Assembly: GCA_930990125.1 (NCBI GenBank)
Contig: CAKNOI010000005.1
Location: 1,738 to 65,737 of the forward strand
DNA length: 64,000 nt
Direction: 5' to 3'
Source: an uncultured Clostridiaceae bacterium
GTDB taxonomy: Bacteria > Bacillota > Clostridia > TANB77 > CAG-508
Below the pieces are notes generated by a model that was not told where the DNA came from, ran no database searches, and was given only the letters and a program-made list of their open reading frames with translations. Shown here one piece after another: positions 49,870 to 58,486 of the stretch. Made by a program: the position numbers and the translations under genes. How positions within the stretch are numbered: position 1 is the first letter of the stretch; each line of letters begins with the position of its first letter.

Positions 49870-50832
49870 ATGTCAAACAATAAAATTGCAATACTCATTC
49901 CATGTTATAACGAAGAACTTACCATTGAAAAAGTAATAAACGATTTTCGTAAAGAACTGCCAGAGGCAGAAATATATGTATACAACAATAATTCCAAGGA
50001 TAAAACGGAAGAAATAGCACAAAAAAATGGAGCAATAGTAAAAAGGGAATACAAACAAGGAAAAGGTAATGTAGTAAGAAGTATGTTTTATGACATAGAT
50101 GCAGACTTTTATATTATGGTAGATGGAGACGATACTTATCCAGCAGAGTCAGTGCATGCTCTGCTGGAGCCGGTTATAACAGGACAAGCAGATATGGCTA
50201 CAGGAGATAGACTTTCTAATGGAACTTATCAAAAAGAAAATAAAAGACATTTTCATCAATTTGGAAATAGTTTAGTAAGAAATAGTATTAATATTCTATT
50301 TCATTCCCATTTACATGATATTATGACAGGATATCGTGCTTTTAACAAAAAGTTTGTAAAAAATATTCCAGTATTAAGCCAAAAGTTTGAAATAGAAACA
50401 GAAATGACTTTACATGCACTAGATAAGAATTACTGCATCAAAGAAATTCCTATTGTGTACCGTGATAGACCAAGTGGCAGTATTTCTAAGTTAAGTACAT
50501 TGGGAGATGGAATAAAAGTAGTAAAAACAATTGTAAAAATGTTTAAAGACTATAAACCTCTTACTTTTTTTACTACTATTGCAGTGCTTTTATTTGCAAT
50601 AGGACTATTGGTAGGAATTCCTGTTATTGCAGAATTCGTAAAAACAAATTATATTACCAAAGTACCATCCTCTATTTTGGCAACAGGAATTGTACTTCTT
50701 TCTGTCATTATAGGTCAATGTGGAGTAGTATTAGACACTGTTGTAAAACAAAATAAGGAAAAATACGAATTACAAGTATTACGTTATAAACAATTAGAAG
50801 AAATAAAAGAAAAATCCATAAAGGAGAAATGA
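49870..50832 (+). CDS. GT2 polyprenyl-phosphate glycosyltransferase (GtrB/CsbB/DPM1-like) with two C-terminal TM helices
   Basis: IAILIPCYNEELTIEKVI, MVDGDDTYP (DxD), and C-terminal helices (LTFFTTIAVLLFAIGLLVGIPV; ILATGIVLLSVIIGQCGVVL). Confidence 0.85.
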   Translation: MSNNKIAILIPCYNEELTIEKVINDFRKELPEAEIYVYNNNSKDKTEEIAQKNGAIVKREYKQGKGNVVRSMFYDIDADFYIMVDGDDTYPAESVHALLEPVITGQADMATGDRLSNGTYQKENKRHFHQFGNSLVRNSINILFHSHLHDIMTGYRAFNKKFVKNIPVLSQKFEIETEMTLHALDKNYCIKEIPIVYRDRPSGSISKLSTLGDGIKVVKTIVKMFKDYKPLTFFTTIAVLLFAIGLLVGIPVIAEFVKTNYITKVPSSILATGIVLLSVIIGQCGVVLDTVVKQNKEKYELQVLRYKQLEEIKEKSIKEK

Positions 50833-50833
50833 T

Positions 50834-51304
50834 ATGGATAAGGTAATGTTTATCTCTAGCACGGGAGGACACCTAAACGAATTAATGCAGTTAAAAGAAA
50901 TGTTTCCTAAGTATGATTATACTATCCTAACAGAAAAAACAAAAGCAAACGAAGCACTTACTAAGATGTACCCGGGTCGTATTCATTTTTTAATCTATGG
51001 TACAAAAGACCATAGACTTACGTATCCATTTAAATTTTTAGCAAATTGTTTTAAGAGCTTTTATTATTTTTGTAAAATAAAGCCAAAAGTAATTATTACT
51101 ACAGGAACTCATACAGCAGTTCCTATGTGCTATATTGCAAAATGCTTTGGAAGCAAGGTGGTTTTCATAGAAACTTTTGCCAACAGAACAACAAAAACAT
51201 TAGCGGGAAAGCTAGTGTACCCTATTGCCGATGTTTTTATTGTACAATGGAAAAATATGCTAAAACTTTATCCTAAGGCAATTTATCTGGGATGGATTTA
51301 TTAA
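50834..51304 (+). CDS. Alg14-like / PssD-Cps14F family glycosyltransferase subunit
   Basis: MFISSTGGHLNELMQL..., 156 aa, upstream of an Alg13-like partner. Confidence 0.8.
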   Translation: MDKVMFISSTGGHLNELMQLKEMFPKYDYTILTEKTKANEALTKMYPGRIHFLIYGTKDHRLTYPFKFLANCFKSFYYFCKIKPKVIITTGTHTAVPMCYIAKCFGSKVVFIETFANRTTKTLAGKLVYPIADVFIVQWKNMLKLYPKAIYLGWIY

Positions 51305-51438
51305 AAGAAATAAACTTACACTATATATCTTCCTGCTTTAGAAGGAATACAAAAAGCAATCTAACATTGCCCTGTTCCTTTAAAATAAGCGGGATATTTT
51401 TATTCCAAAAGAAAAATAAAAAAGAAGGAGGAAAATTT

Positions 51439-51933
51439 ATGATACTTGTCACATTAGGAACACAAGATAAGCCTTTTACCAGACTCTTAGAGGCAATTGA
51501 TAATGAAATAAAAAAAGGTACTATTCAAGAAGAAGTAATTGTACAAGCTGGATGTACCAAATACGAATCTCCTAACATGAAGGTGCTAGATTATATACCA
51601 GTTAACGAGTTCGCAGATTTAGTTAGTAAAGCGGATTTAGTCATTACCCATGCTGGTGTTGGCTCTATTTTAACTGCACTAAAGCAAGGTAAAAAAATAA
51701 TAGCAGCAGCTAGATTAAAAGAATTTGGGGAACACACCAATAACCATCAACTACAATTATTAGAAAATTTTGAGCAAGAGGGCTATTTAATTGCTTTAAA
51801 AGATTTTGAACAATTAGAGGAAGCACTACAAAAAGCAAAACAATTTATACCAAAACCATTTACTAGTAATACAAGACAATTTACTTCCCAACTAGAACTA
51901 CAAATACAAACAGTATTAAAAAAGAAAAAATAA
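51439..51933 (+). CDS. Alg13-like / PssE-Cps14G family glycosyltransferase catalytic subunit
   Basis: MILVTLGTQDKPFTRLL..., ITHAGVGSILTAL. Start at ATG 51439 behind AAGGAGGA. The ORF-track extension to 51292 has no support. Confidence 0.8.
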   Translation: MILVTLGTQDKPFTRLLEAIDNEIKKGTIQEEVIVQAGCTKYESPNMKVLDYIPVNEFADLVSKADLVITHAGVGSILTALKQGKKIIAAARLKEFGEHTNNHQLQLLENFEQEGYLIALKDFEQLEEALQKAKQFIPKPFTSNTRQFTSQLELQIQTVLKKKK

Positions 51934-51960
51934 TTTTATAACGAAAATATAAAAAATTTG

Positions 51961-51989
51961 TTGCAAAAAAGAAATTATAAATATATAAT
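51961..51989 (+). promoter_or_regulatory. consensus sigma-A promoter upstream of glmM
   Basis: TTGCAA (51961-51966), 17-nt spacer, TATAAT (51984-51989). Confidence 0.6.
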
Positions 51990-52019
51990 GTAGTAGTATA
52001 AAATTTAGGGAGGATGAAT

Positions 52020-53384
52020 ATGAGAAGATATTTTGGAACAGATGGCATTAGAAGAATTGCTAATACAGAGCTTTCTCCAGAACTTGTATATAAAGTAGCA
52101 AAAGCAGGGGCATATGTTTTATCTAAGCACGCTGACCACATGCCAACAATATTAATTGGGAGAGATACTAGAATTTCTGGAAGTTTAATAGAAAGCGCAA
52201 TGACAGCTGGATTTTTAAGCTATGGTGCCAATGTCATTTCTTTAGGAGTAATACCAACACCAGCAGTAGCCTATTTAACAAAAAAATTAAATGCAGATGC
52301 AAGTGTTGTTATTTCAGCTTCTCATAATACTTTTGAATTTAATGGAGTAAAATATTTTAGTAATAAAGGCATGAAAATTCCAGATGAAATAGAAGAAGAA
52401 ATAGAAGAGGTAATGGATTCTGGTAAAATAGATACCTTGACAGCTGTTAATGATAAAATAGGTGTTTCAGAAGTCAGAACAGATTTATTAGATGAATATG
52501 TTTATTTCTTTAGAAAAAATTTTGAGGAAGACATAGAAAAATACAATACTCCAGACTTTAAAGTGGTAATTGATACTGCTAATGGTGCTACTTCTGTGAT
52601 AGCAGAAAAGGTATTTAAGACATTAGGAATTCACTATGAAATTATAAACAATACACCAAACGGAATTAATATTAATCAAAATTGTGGATCTACACATCTA
52701 GAAGGATTACAGAACTATGTAAAAAAGCATCACATGAGTTTAGGAATAGCCTATGATGGAGACGGAGACCGTTGTTTATTAGTAGATGAAAATGGAAACG
52801 AAATAGATGGAGATAAAATTATTGCTGTTTTATCACAGTATCTAAAAAAACATGGTAAATTAAATAAAGATACAATTGTTGCAACTGTTATGAGTAACTT
52901 AGGATTAAAAAAATATGCGGAGAAAAACCAAATACAATACAAACAAACAAAAGTAGGAGATCGTTATGTATTGGAAGAAATGCTAAAAAATGGGTATAAT
53001 ATAGGTGGAGAACAATCTGGTCATATTATCTTTTTAGATTATAACCCTACTGGTGATGGCATTTTAACATCTCTTATGTTTATAAAAGTATTATTAGAAG
53101 AAAAAATGTCTGCTTCTGAAGCAGGAAAAATAGTAACAATTTATCCGCAAGTTTTAGTTAATGCAAAAGTTTGTGGAGATAAAAAATATGATTTTGATAA
53201 AGACAATGTCATAGTAGCAGAAATAGAAAAATTAGAAAAAGAATTCTCTGGAAATGGTAGAGTACTTATTAGGGCATCTGGAACAGAGCCTTTAGTAAGA
53301 GTAATGATTGAAGGAGAAGACAAAGAAAAAATACAAAAAGAAGCAGAAAAATTAGCCAAATTGATTGAAGAAAGGCTAGCATAA
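52020..53384 (+). CDS. glmM: phosphoglucosamine mutase
   Basis: YFGTDGIRR, phosphoserine loop SASHNTFEFNGVKYF, DGDGDR, GGEQSGH, RASGTEPLVRVM. ATG 52020 has correct spacing from the GGGAGG SD. Confidence 0.95.
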   Translation: MRRYFGTDGIRRIANTELSPELVYKVAKAGAYVLSKHADHMPTILIGRDTRISGSLIESAMTAGFLSYGANVISLGVIPTPAVAYLTKKLNADASVVISASHNTFEFNGVKYFSNKGMKIPDEIEEEIEEVMDSGKIDTLTAVNDKIGVSEVRTDLLDEYVYFFRKNFEEDIEKYNTPDFKVVIDTANGATSVIAEKVFKTLGIHYEIINNTPNGININQNCGSTHLEGLQNYVKKHHMSLGIAYDGDGDRCLLVDENGNEIDGDKIIAVLSQYLKKHGKLNKDTIVATVMSNLGLKKYAEKNQIQYKQTKVGDRYVLEEMLKNGYNIGGEQSGHIIFLDYNPTGDGILTSLMFIKVLLEEKMSASEAGKIVTIYPQVLVNAKVCGDKKYDFDKDNVIVAEIEKLEKEFSGNGRVLIRASGTEPLVRVMIEGEDKEKIQKEAEKLAKLIEERLA

Positions 53385-53475
53385 TTTTTGTTTGCTCATG
53401 TATATTATTTTACAAAAGATGCTACTACAAGACGATAATATACATAAGATGAAAATATATTAGGAGGGGTTTTTT

Positions 53476-53805
53476 ATGATACTAAACATCACACAACCAT
53501 TAGTATTACTTTTAATTTTAGCAGCAACCGTTTTACTACTATTTTTAGGAAAGGAAATAAAGAAAAGCTATATAGTAGCAATACCACTTGCAGTTTTTTT
53601 AGTATTATTAGTAATACATACTGTAAATTTAATGACAACACAATCTAGTGATATTGTTTATATTGTATCAAAATGTATTGCCTTAGACTTTGTATTTATT
53701 TTTATTACATTTATTGGATATTTATGGGTAGATGCAATACAAGCAAAAGAAGAAAAGAAAAGAAGTATCGATAATAGTTTAGACTGGTTTTGGAGTAAAG
53801 TATAA
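53476..53805 (+). CDS. small membrane protein (3 TM), hypothetical
   Basis: Strong SD AGGAGGGG, three hydrophobic helices. Confidence 0.55.
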   Translation: MILNITQPLVLLLILAATVLLLFLGKEIKKSYIVAIPLAVFLVLLVIHTVNLMTTQSSDIVYIVSKCIALDFVFIFITFIGYLWVDAIQAKEEKKRSIDNSLDWFWSKV

Positions 53806-53834
53806 TACATTTGCTCCAAGAAGGAGAGGGCAGA

Positions 53835-55409
53835 ATGGAAAAGAAAAAATTTTATATTACAACACCAATATATTATCCAAGTGGAAAATTTCATATTGGA
53901 ACTGCTTATACAACGGTATTTGCGGATACATTAAAACGATATAAAACATTAAGGGGATATGAGACTTATTTTCTAACAGGTCTAGATGAACATGGACAAA
54001 AAATAGAAAATATAGCAAAAGAAAAAGGAATGTCTCCACAAGAGTATGTAGACCAAATGGCAGAAATGGCAGCTTCTTTATGGAAAAGGATGGATATACA
54101 ATATGACGACCTTATTCGTACTACAGAAGAAAGACATACAAAAGTAGTACAAAAAATATTTGACCATTTTATGGAATCAGGAGATATTTATAAAGGAACG
54201 TATGAAGGGCTTTATTGTATTCCTTGCGAAACCTATTTTACAGAAACACAATTAGTAGATGGCAAATGTCCAGATTGTGGTAGAGAAGTAAAACCAATGA
54301 AAGAAGAAGCATACTTTTTTAACATGAAAAAGTATGCGGACAAACTTTTAAAAGCTTACGAAGAACTAGATTTCATTACACCAGCATTTCGTAAAACAGA
54401 GATGATAAATAACTTCTTGAAACCAGGTCTAGAAGACTTATGCGTAAGTCGTACAAGCTTTAACTGGGGAATTCCTGTAAAAAAAGACCCAAAACATGTA
54501 GTATATGTATGGCTAGATGCCTTAACCAATTATCTAACAGCTTTAGGTTATTTAAGCGAAGATGATAGTTTGTTTCAAAAATACTGGCCAGCAGATGTAC
54601 AAATTGTAGGAAAAGATATTGCTAGATTTCATCTTATTTATTGGCCAATCTTTTTAATGGCATTAGGATTACCTCTACCTAAAAAAATATTGGTTCATAA
54701 CTGGATTATGATGAAAGATGGAAAAATGTCAAAATCAAAAGGAAATGTAGTATATCCAGAACTACTAATAGACCGCTATGGGTTAGATGCTACTCGTTAC
54801 TTCTTATTAAGAGAAGTACCAATTATGCAAGATGGGGTATTTTCACCAGAAGGATTTGTAGAACGATACAATTCTGATTTATGCAACGATTTAGGAAACT
54901 TATTAAATAGAACAGTAGCAATGGTAAATAAATATTTTGGTGGTATCGTTCCGCAAAATGTAGGGCAGGTAAACGAGGTAGATAAGGAATTTGAACAGAC
55001 TACCATAGAAACCTTAAGAAAAGTAGAAAAAGAAATAGAAGACTTAGAAATAGCAAGTAGTTTAGCAGATATTTGGACAGTTATTTCTAGAACAAATAAA
55101 TATATTGACGAAACTGCTCCATGGACTTTAGCAAAAGAAGAACAAACAGAAAAATTACAATCTGTAATGTATCACTTAATAGAAAATTTAAGAAAAATAG
55201 GAACTGTATTACTACCATTTATGGAGAAAACAGCATGGAACTTATTAAAACAAATAGGACAATCAAAAGAACAATCTTGGGAAAGTATATATTTGTATGA
55301 ATCAATGGCAGAAAATACAAAAGTAATAGAAAAAGGAGAACCTTTATTTATGCGTTTAAAGGCAGAAGAAGAAATAGAATATATTAAAGAAGGAATGAAG
55401 CATAAATAA
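53835..55409 (+). CDS. metG: methionine--tRNA ligase (short form, no C-terminal tRNA-binding domain)
   Basis: HIGH box (GKFHIGTAYT), Zn knuckles CIPCETYF...CPDCG, KMSKS box. Start at MEKKKF behind AAGGAGAGGG. Confidence 0.95.
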   Translation: MEKKKFYITTPIYYPSGKFHIGTAYTTVFADTLKRYKTLRGYETYFLTGLDEHGQKIENIAKEKGMSPQEYVDQMAEMAASLWKRMDIQYDDLIRTTEERHTKVVQKIFDHFMESGDIYKGTYEGLYCIPCETYFTETQLVDGKCPDCGREVKPMKEEAYFFNMKKYADKLLKAYEELDFITPAFRKTEMINNFLKPGLEDLCVSRTSFNWGIPVKKDPKHVVYVWLDALTNYLTALGYLSEDDSLFQKYWPADVQIVGKDIARFHLIYWPIFLMALGLPLPKKILVHNWIMMKDGKMSKSKGNVVYPELLIDRYGLDATRYFLLREVPIMQDGVFSPEGFVERYNSDLCNDLGNLLNRTVAMVNKYFGGIVPQNVGQVNEVDKEFEQTTIETLRKVEKEIEDLEIASSLADIWTVISRTNKYIDETAPWTLAKEEQTEKLQSVMYHLIENLRKIGTVLLPFMEKTAWNLLKQIGQSKEQSWESIYLYESMAENTKVIEKGEPLFMRLKAEEEIEYIKEGMKHK

Positions 55410-55421
55410 AGAAGAAAAACA

Positions 55422-56093
55422 ATGGGAAAATTATTTGTAATTGACGGAACAGATGGAAGTGGTAAACAAACACAATTTGAAAAACTAAAAGAAGCATTTA
55501 CTAGAGATAACATAGACTACAAAACAGTTAGTTTTCCAAATTATGATAGCCCTTCCTCTTCCTTAGTAAAAATGTATTTATCGGGAGAGTTTGGCGAAAA
55601 TGCAAAACAAGTAAATCCTTATGTGGCTTCTACTTTTTATGCAGTAGACCGTTTTGCAACATTTCGTAAAGAATACGAGGATTATTATAAAAAAGGCGGA
55701 ATTATTCTTGCGGATCGATATACAACTGCTAGCATGGTGCACCAAGCTGGAAAAATACAAAACAAAGAAGAACGTGAAAAATTTTTAGATTGGCTATGGG
55801 ATTTGGAATTTCATCTTTTTGGACTTCCTGTTCCGGAAGAAGTATTCTTTTTAAATATGCCACCTAAAGTAGCATTAGAGTTAATGGAAACAAGGGAAAA
55901 TAAATATTCACACACCATGAAAAAAGATATTCATGAAAGAGATGCAAACCATATTAAAGAAAGCTACGAAAATGCCTGTGGTTTAGTTCAAAAATATGGT
56001 TGGTATGAAGTAAAGTGTGTTAAAGATAATACCTTAAGAACCATAGAGGATATTCACAAAGAAATTTATCAAGAAATCAAAAAAAGAATATGA
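55422..56093 (+). CDS. thymidylate kinase family protein
   Basis: P-loop IDGTDGSGKQTQ, DRYTTASMVHQ, 223 aa. Confidence 0.7.
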   Translation: MGKLFVIDGTDGSGKQTQFEKLKEAFTRDNIDYKTVSFPNYDSPSSSLVKMYLSGEFGENAKQVNPYVASTFYAVDRFATFRKEYEDYYKKGGIILADRYTTASMVHQAGKIQNKEEREKFLDWLWDLEFHLFGLPVPEEVFFLNMPPKVALELMETRENKYSHTMKKDIHERDANHIKESYENACGLVQKYGWYEVKCVKDNTLRTIEDIHKEIYQEIKKRI

Positions 56094-56101
56094 CAGTATA
56101 G

Positions 56102-56137
56102 AAATAGCAGAAGGAAATACTATTCTGCTATTTTTTT
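56102..56137 (+). terminator. Rho-independent terminator
   Basis: AAATAGCAGAA ... TTCTGCTATTT followed by a T-run. Confidence 0.8.
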
Positions 56138-56203
56138 GCGGATAAGAAGAAACTTTTTAGAAAAAAAGGACATAATATATAATAGATAAAAGGAGGGAGA
56201 AGA

Positions 56204-56404
56204 TTGATTACAGTATTAAAAGTCGAAGGCATGGTATGTAACCATTGTGCAGGAATTGTTAAGGGAGAATTAATGGAACATTCTGGTGTAAAAGATGTAT
56301 TAGTTGATATAACAGCAAAAGAAGTAAGAATTGAGCACGATGAAAATGCAAACATACAAGAACTAAAAGATGCCATTGAAGATTTGGGATATGAGGTAGT
56401 GTAA
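56204..56404 (+). CDS. heavy-metal-associated (HMA) domain protein, CopZ-like
   Basis: 66 aa, VEGMVCNHCAG metal-binding loop (MxCxxC). TTG start behind AAGGAGGGAG. Confidence 0.75.
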   Translation: MITVLKVEGMVCNHCAGIVKGELMEHSGVKDVLVDITAKEVRIEHDENANIQELKDAIEDLGYEVV

Positions 56405-56451
56405 CAACTACCTACATAAATAAATAAATAAAAAAGAAAGGATATTAAAAT

Positions 56452-57048
56452 ATGAAAGAGAAAAAAATAATAATAGGAATTGTTGTAGTTATAATTATTC
56501 TTGCTATCGTAGCAGGAGTTTGGGCGGTTCTACAACCAAAAGAAGAAAATCAAAATACTATAGGAGAAAATCAAAACTTATTGGCTAATGAAGAAGAAGA
56601 TCCAAATTTTGATATTAATTTAAAAGAAGATGGTACAAAGGATGATAAAATAAAAACAGCAGAAACAAAAATAGAAGAGTTAACATCACCAACAGATCCT
56701 GAATATCCACTATTTTCTTCTATGATGGAATTAGATGCAGACCTTTTAAAACAATCTTGGAACATAGATACAAGCTCATTAAGTGCATACATTGCAAAAA
56801 TGCCAATGATGAATGTAAAAGCAAGTATGTATGCTATTTTGAAACCAACTAATGGTAAAGCAGAAGAAGTAAAAGCACAAATGGAAACCTATTTAACTTC
56901 TTATGAAGAGCAATGGGCTACGTATTTACCAGATCAATATGAATTAGTAAAAAATAGAGCATTTGAAGAAATAAATGGATACTTAGTATATGTTATTTCA
57001 GAAGATAATGAAGCTTTCTTGAATGTAGTAAGACAAGCATTACAATAA
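56452..57048 (+). CDS. DUF4358 domain membrane-anchored protein
   Basis: N-terminal TM, and a C-terminal region (AKMPMMNVKASMYAILKP...EQWATYLPDQYELVKNR...NGYLVYVIS) typical of DUF4358. Confidence 0.65.
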   Translation: MKEKKIIIGIVVVIIILAIVAGVWAVLQPKEENQNTIGENQNLLANEEEDPNFDINLKEDGTKDDKIKTAETKIEELTSPTDPEYPLFSSMMELDADLLKQSWNIDTSSLSAYIAKMPMMNVKASMYAILKPTNGKAEEVKAQMETYLTSYEEQWATYLPDQYELVKNRAFEEINGYLVYVISEDNEAFLNVVRQALQ

Positions 57049-57065
57049 AAAGGGAGTAATTAAAA

Positions 57066-58472
57066 GTGGTTTTTAGTAGCATCGTGTTTTTATATATATT
57101 TTTACCTATTATGCTTTTAATTTATTTTATCGTACCGAGCAAATTCAAAAATGCAGTAATGATTACTGCGAGTTTGCTCTTTTTTGCCTGGGGAGAAATA
57201 CGATACATTTTTATTATGCTAGTACTAGCTGTAATGGACTATGTATGTGGTAAAAAAATAACAAAATACTGGGATAATAAAAAGAAAAAGAGAATATTTT
57301 TATGGATAGATATAGGAGTAAACCTAGCCATCTTATTTTTCTTTAAATACGCTGACTTTATTATAAGTAATATTAATACGATAACGGGGTTACAAATCCC
57401 ACTTTTACATATTCCATTACCAATAGGAGTTTCTTTTAATACTTTTCAGAGTTTATCGTATATTATAGACGTCTATAGAGGAACAGTAAAATATGAAAAG
57501 AGTTTTTATAACTATTTAACATATACAACATTATTCCCGCAAATTATTGCAGGACCAATTGTACGTTACGAAACAGTAGACGAGGAATTAGAAACTAAAA
57601 ATATTAGCTTAGATAATTTTTCGAAAGGAATGAAAAGGTTTTTACGTGGTTTAGGTAAAAAAGTTTTAATTGCTAACAATGTAGGAGCCTTATGGAATGT
57701 AATAGAAACAGGAGGCTACTCCGAAATGTCTACCTTACTTGCATGGACAGGTATGGTAGCATTTGCACTACAAATTTATTTTGATTTTAGTGGTTATTCC
57801 GATATGGCAATTGGACTTGCTAATATTTTTGGTATGAATTTTGACGAAAACTTTAATTTCCCATATATATCTAAAAGCATTACAGAATTTTGGAGAAGAT
57901 GGCATATTACATTAGGTTCATGGTTTAGAGATTACATTTATATTCCATTAGGCGGAAATAGAAAAGGTTTTCTAAGGCAGATTAGAAATATTTTAGTGGT
58001 ATGGTTTTTAACAGGAGCATGGCATGGAGCATCTTGGAACTTTATTTTGTGGGGACTCTACTTTGGTGTTATTTTAATATTGGAAAAAATGATACTATTA
58101 AAGGTATTACAAAAACTAGGACCTGTTATACAACATTTATATGCTATCTTTCTAATTTTAATTAGTTGGGTTATTTTTGCATTTGAAGATTTAGGAAAAA
58201 TAAAAGACTATTTTCTAGCACTATTTGCAGGGGGAAACACACCTCTTGTAAACAGCGAAGGACTATATTATCTTACTTCCTATGCAGGAATTATTTTGAT
58301 AGGAATTTTCTTTTCATTACCAATATTCTCAAAGTTATTTAGTAAACTTGAAAATAGTAACAAGAAAATAGCAGCATTTGCTACAACAGGATTTTATATA
58401 GGAATTTTATTACTTTCTACAGCAAGTTTAGTAAGCGATGCATTTAATCCTTTTTTGTATTTTAGATTTTAA
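57066..58472 (+). CDS. MBOAT family O-acyltransferase (AlgI/DltB-like)
   Basis: Multi-TM, FWRRWHITLGSWFRDYIYIPLGGNR, and the conserved His region GAWHGASWNF. Confidence 0.9.
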   Translation: MVFSSIVFLYIFLPIMLLIYFIVPSKFKNAVMITASLLFFAWGEIRYIFIMLVLAVMDYVCGKKITKYWDNKKKKRIFLWIDIGVNLAILFFFKYADFIISNINTITGLQIPLLHIPLPIGVSFNTFQSLSYIIDVYRGTVKYEKSFYNYLTYTTLFPQIIAGPIVRYETVDEELETKNISLDNFSKGMKRFLRGLGKKVLIANNVGALWNVIETGGYSEMSTLLAWTGMVAFALQIYFDFSGYSDMAIGLANIFGMNFDENFNFPYISKSITEFWRRWHITLGSWFRDYIYIPLGGNRKGFLRQIRNILVVWFLTGAWHGASWNFILWGLYFGVILILEKMILLKVLQKLGPVIQHLYAIFLILISWVIFAFEDLGKIKDYFLALFAGGNTPLVNSEGLYYLTSYAGIILIGIFFSLPIFSKLFSKLENSNKKIAAFATTGFYIGILLLSTASLVSDAFNPFLYFRF

Positions 58473-58486
58473 AAAGGAGGGAAGAA

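Noticed and set aside
51292-51438. N-terminal 49-aa extension of the Alg13-like ORF.
   Set aside because: It has no SD and the sequence is not homologous-looking. The canonical MILVTLGTQ N-terminus starts at 51439 behind AAGGAGGA.
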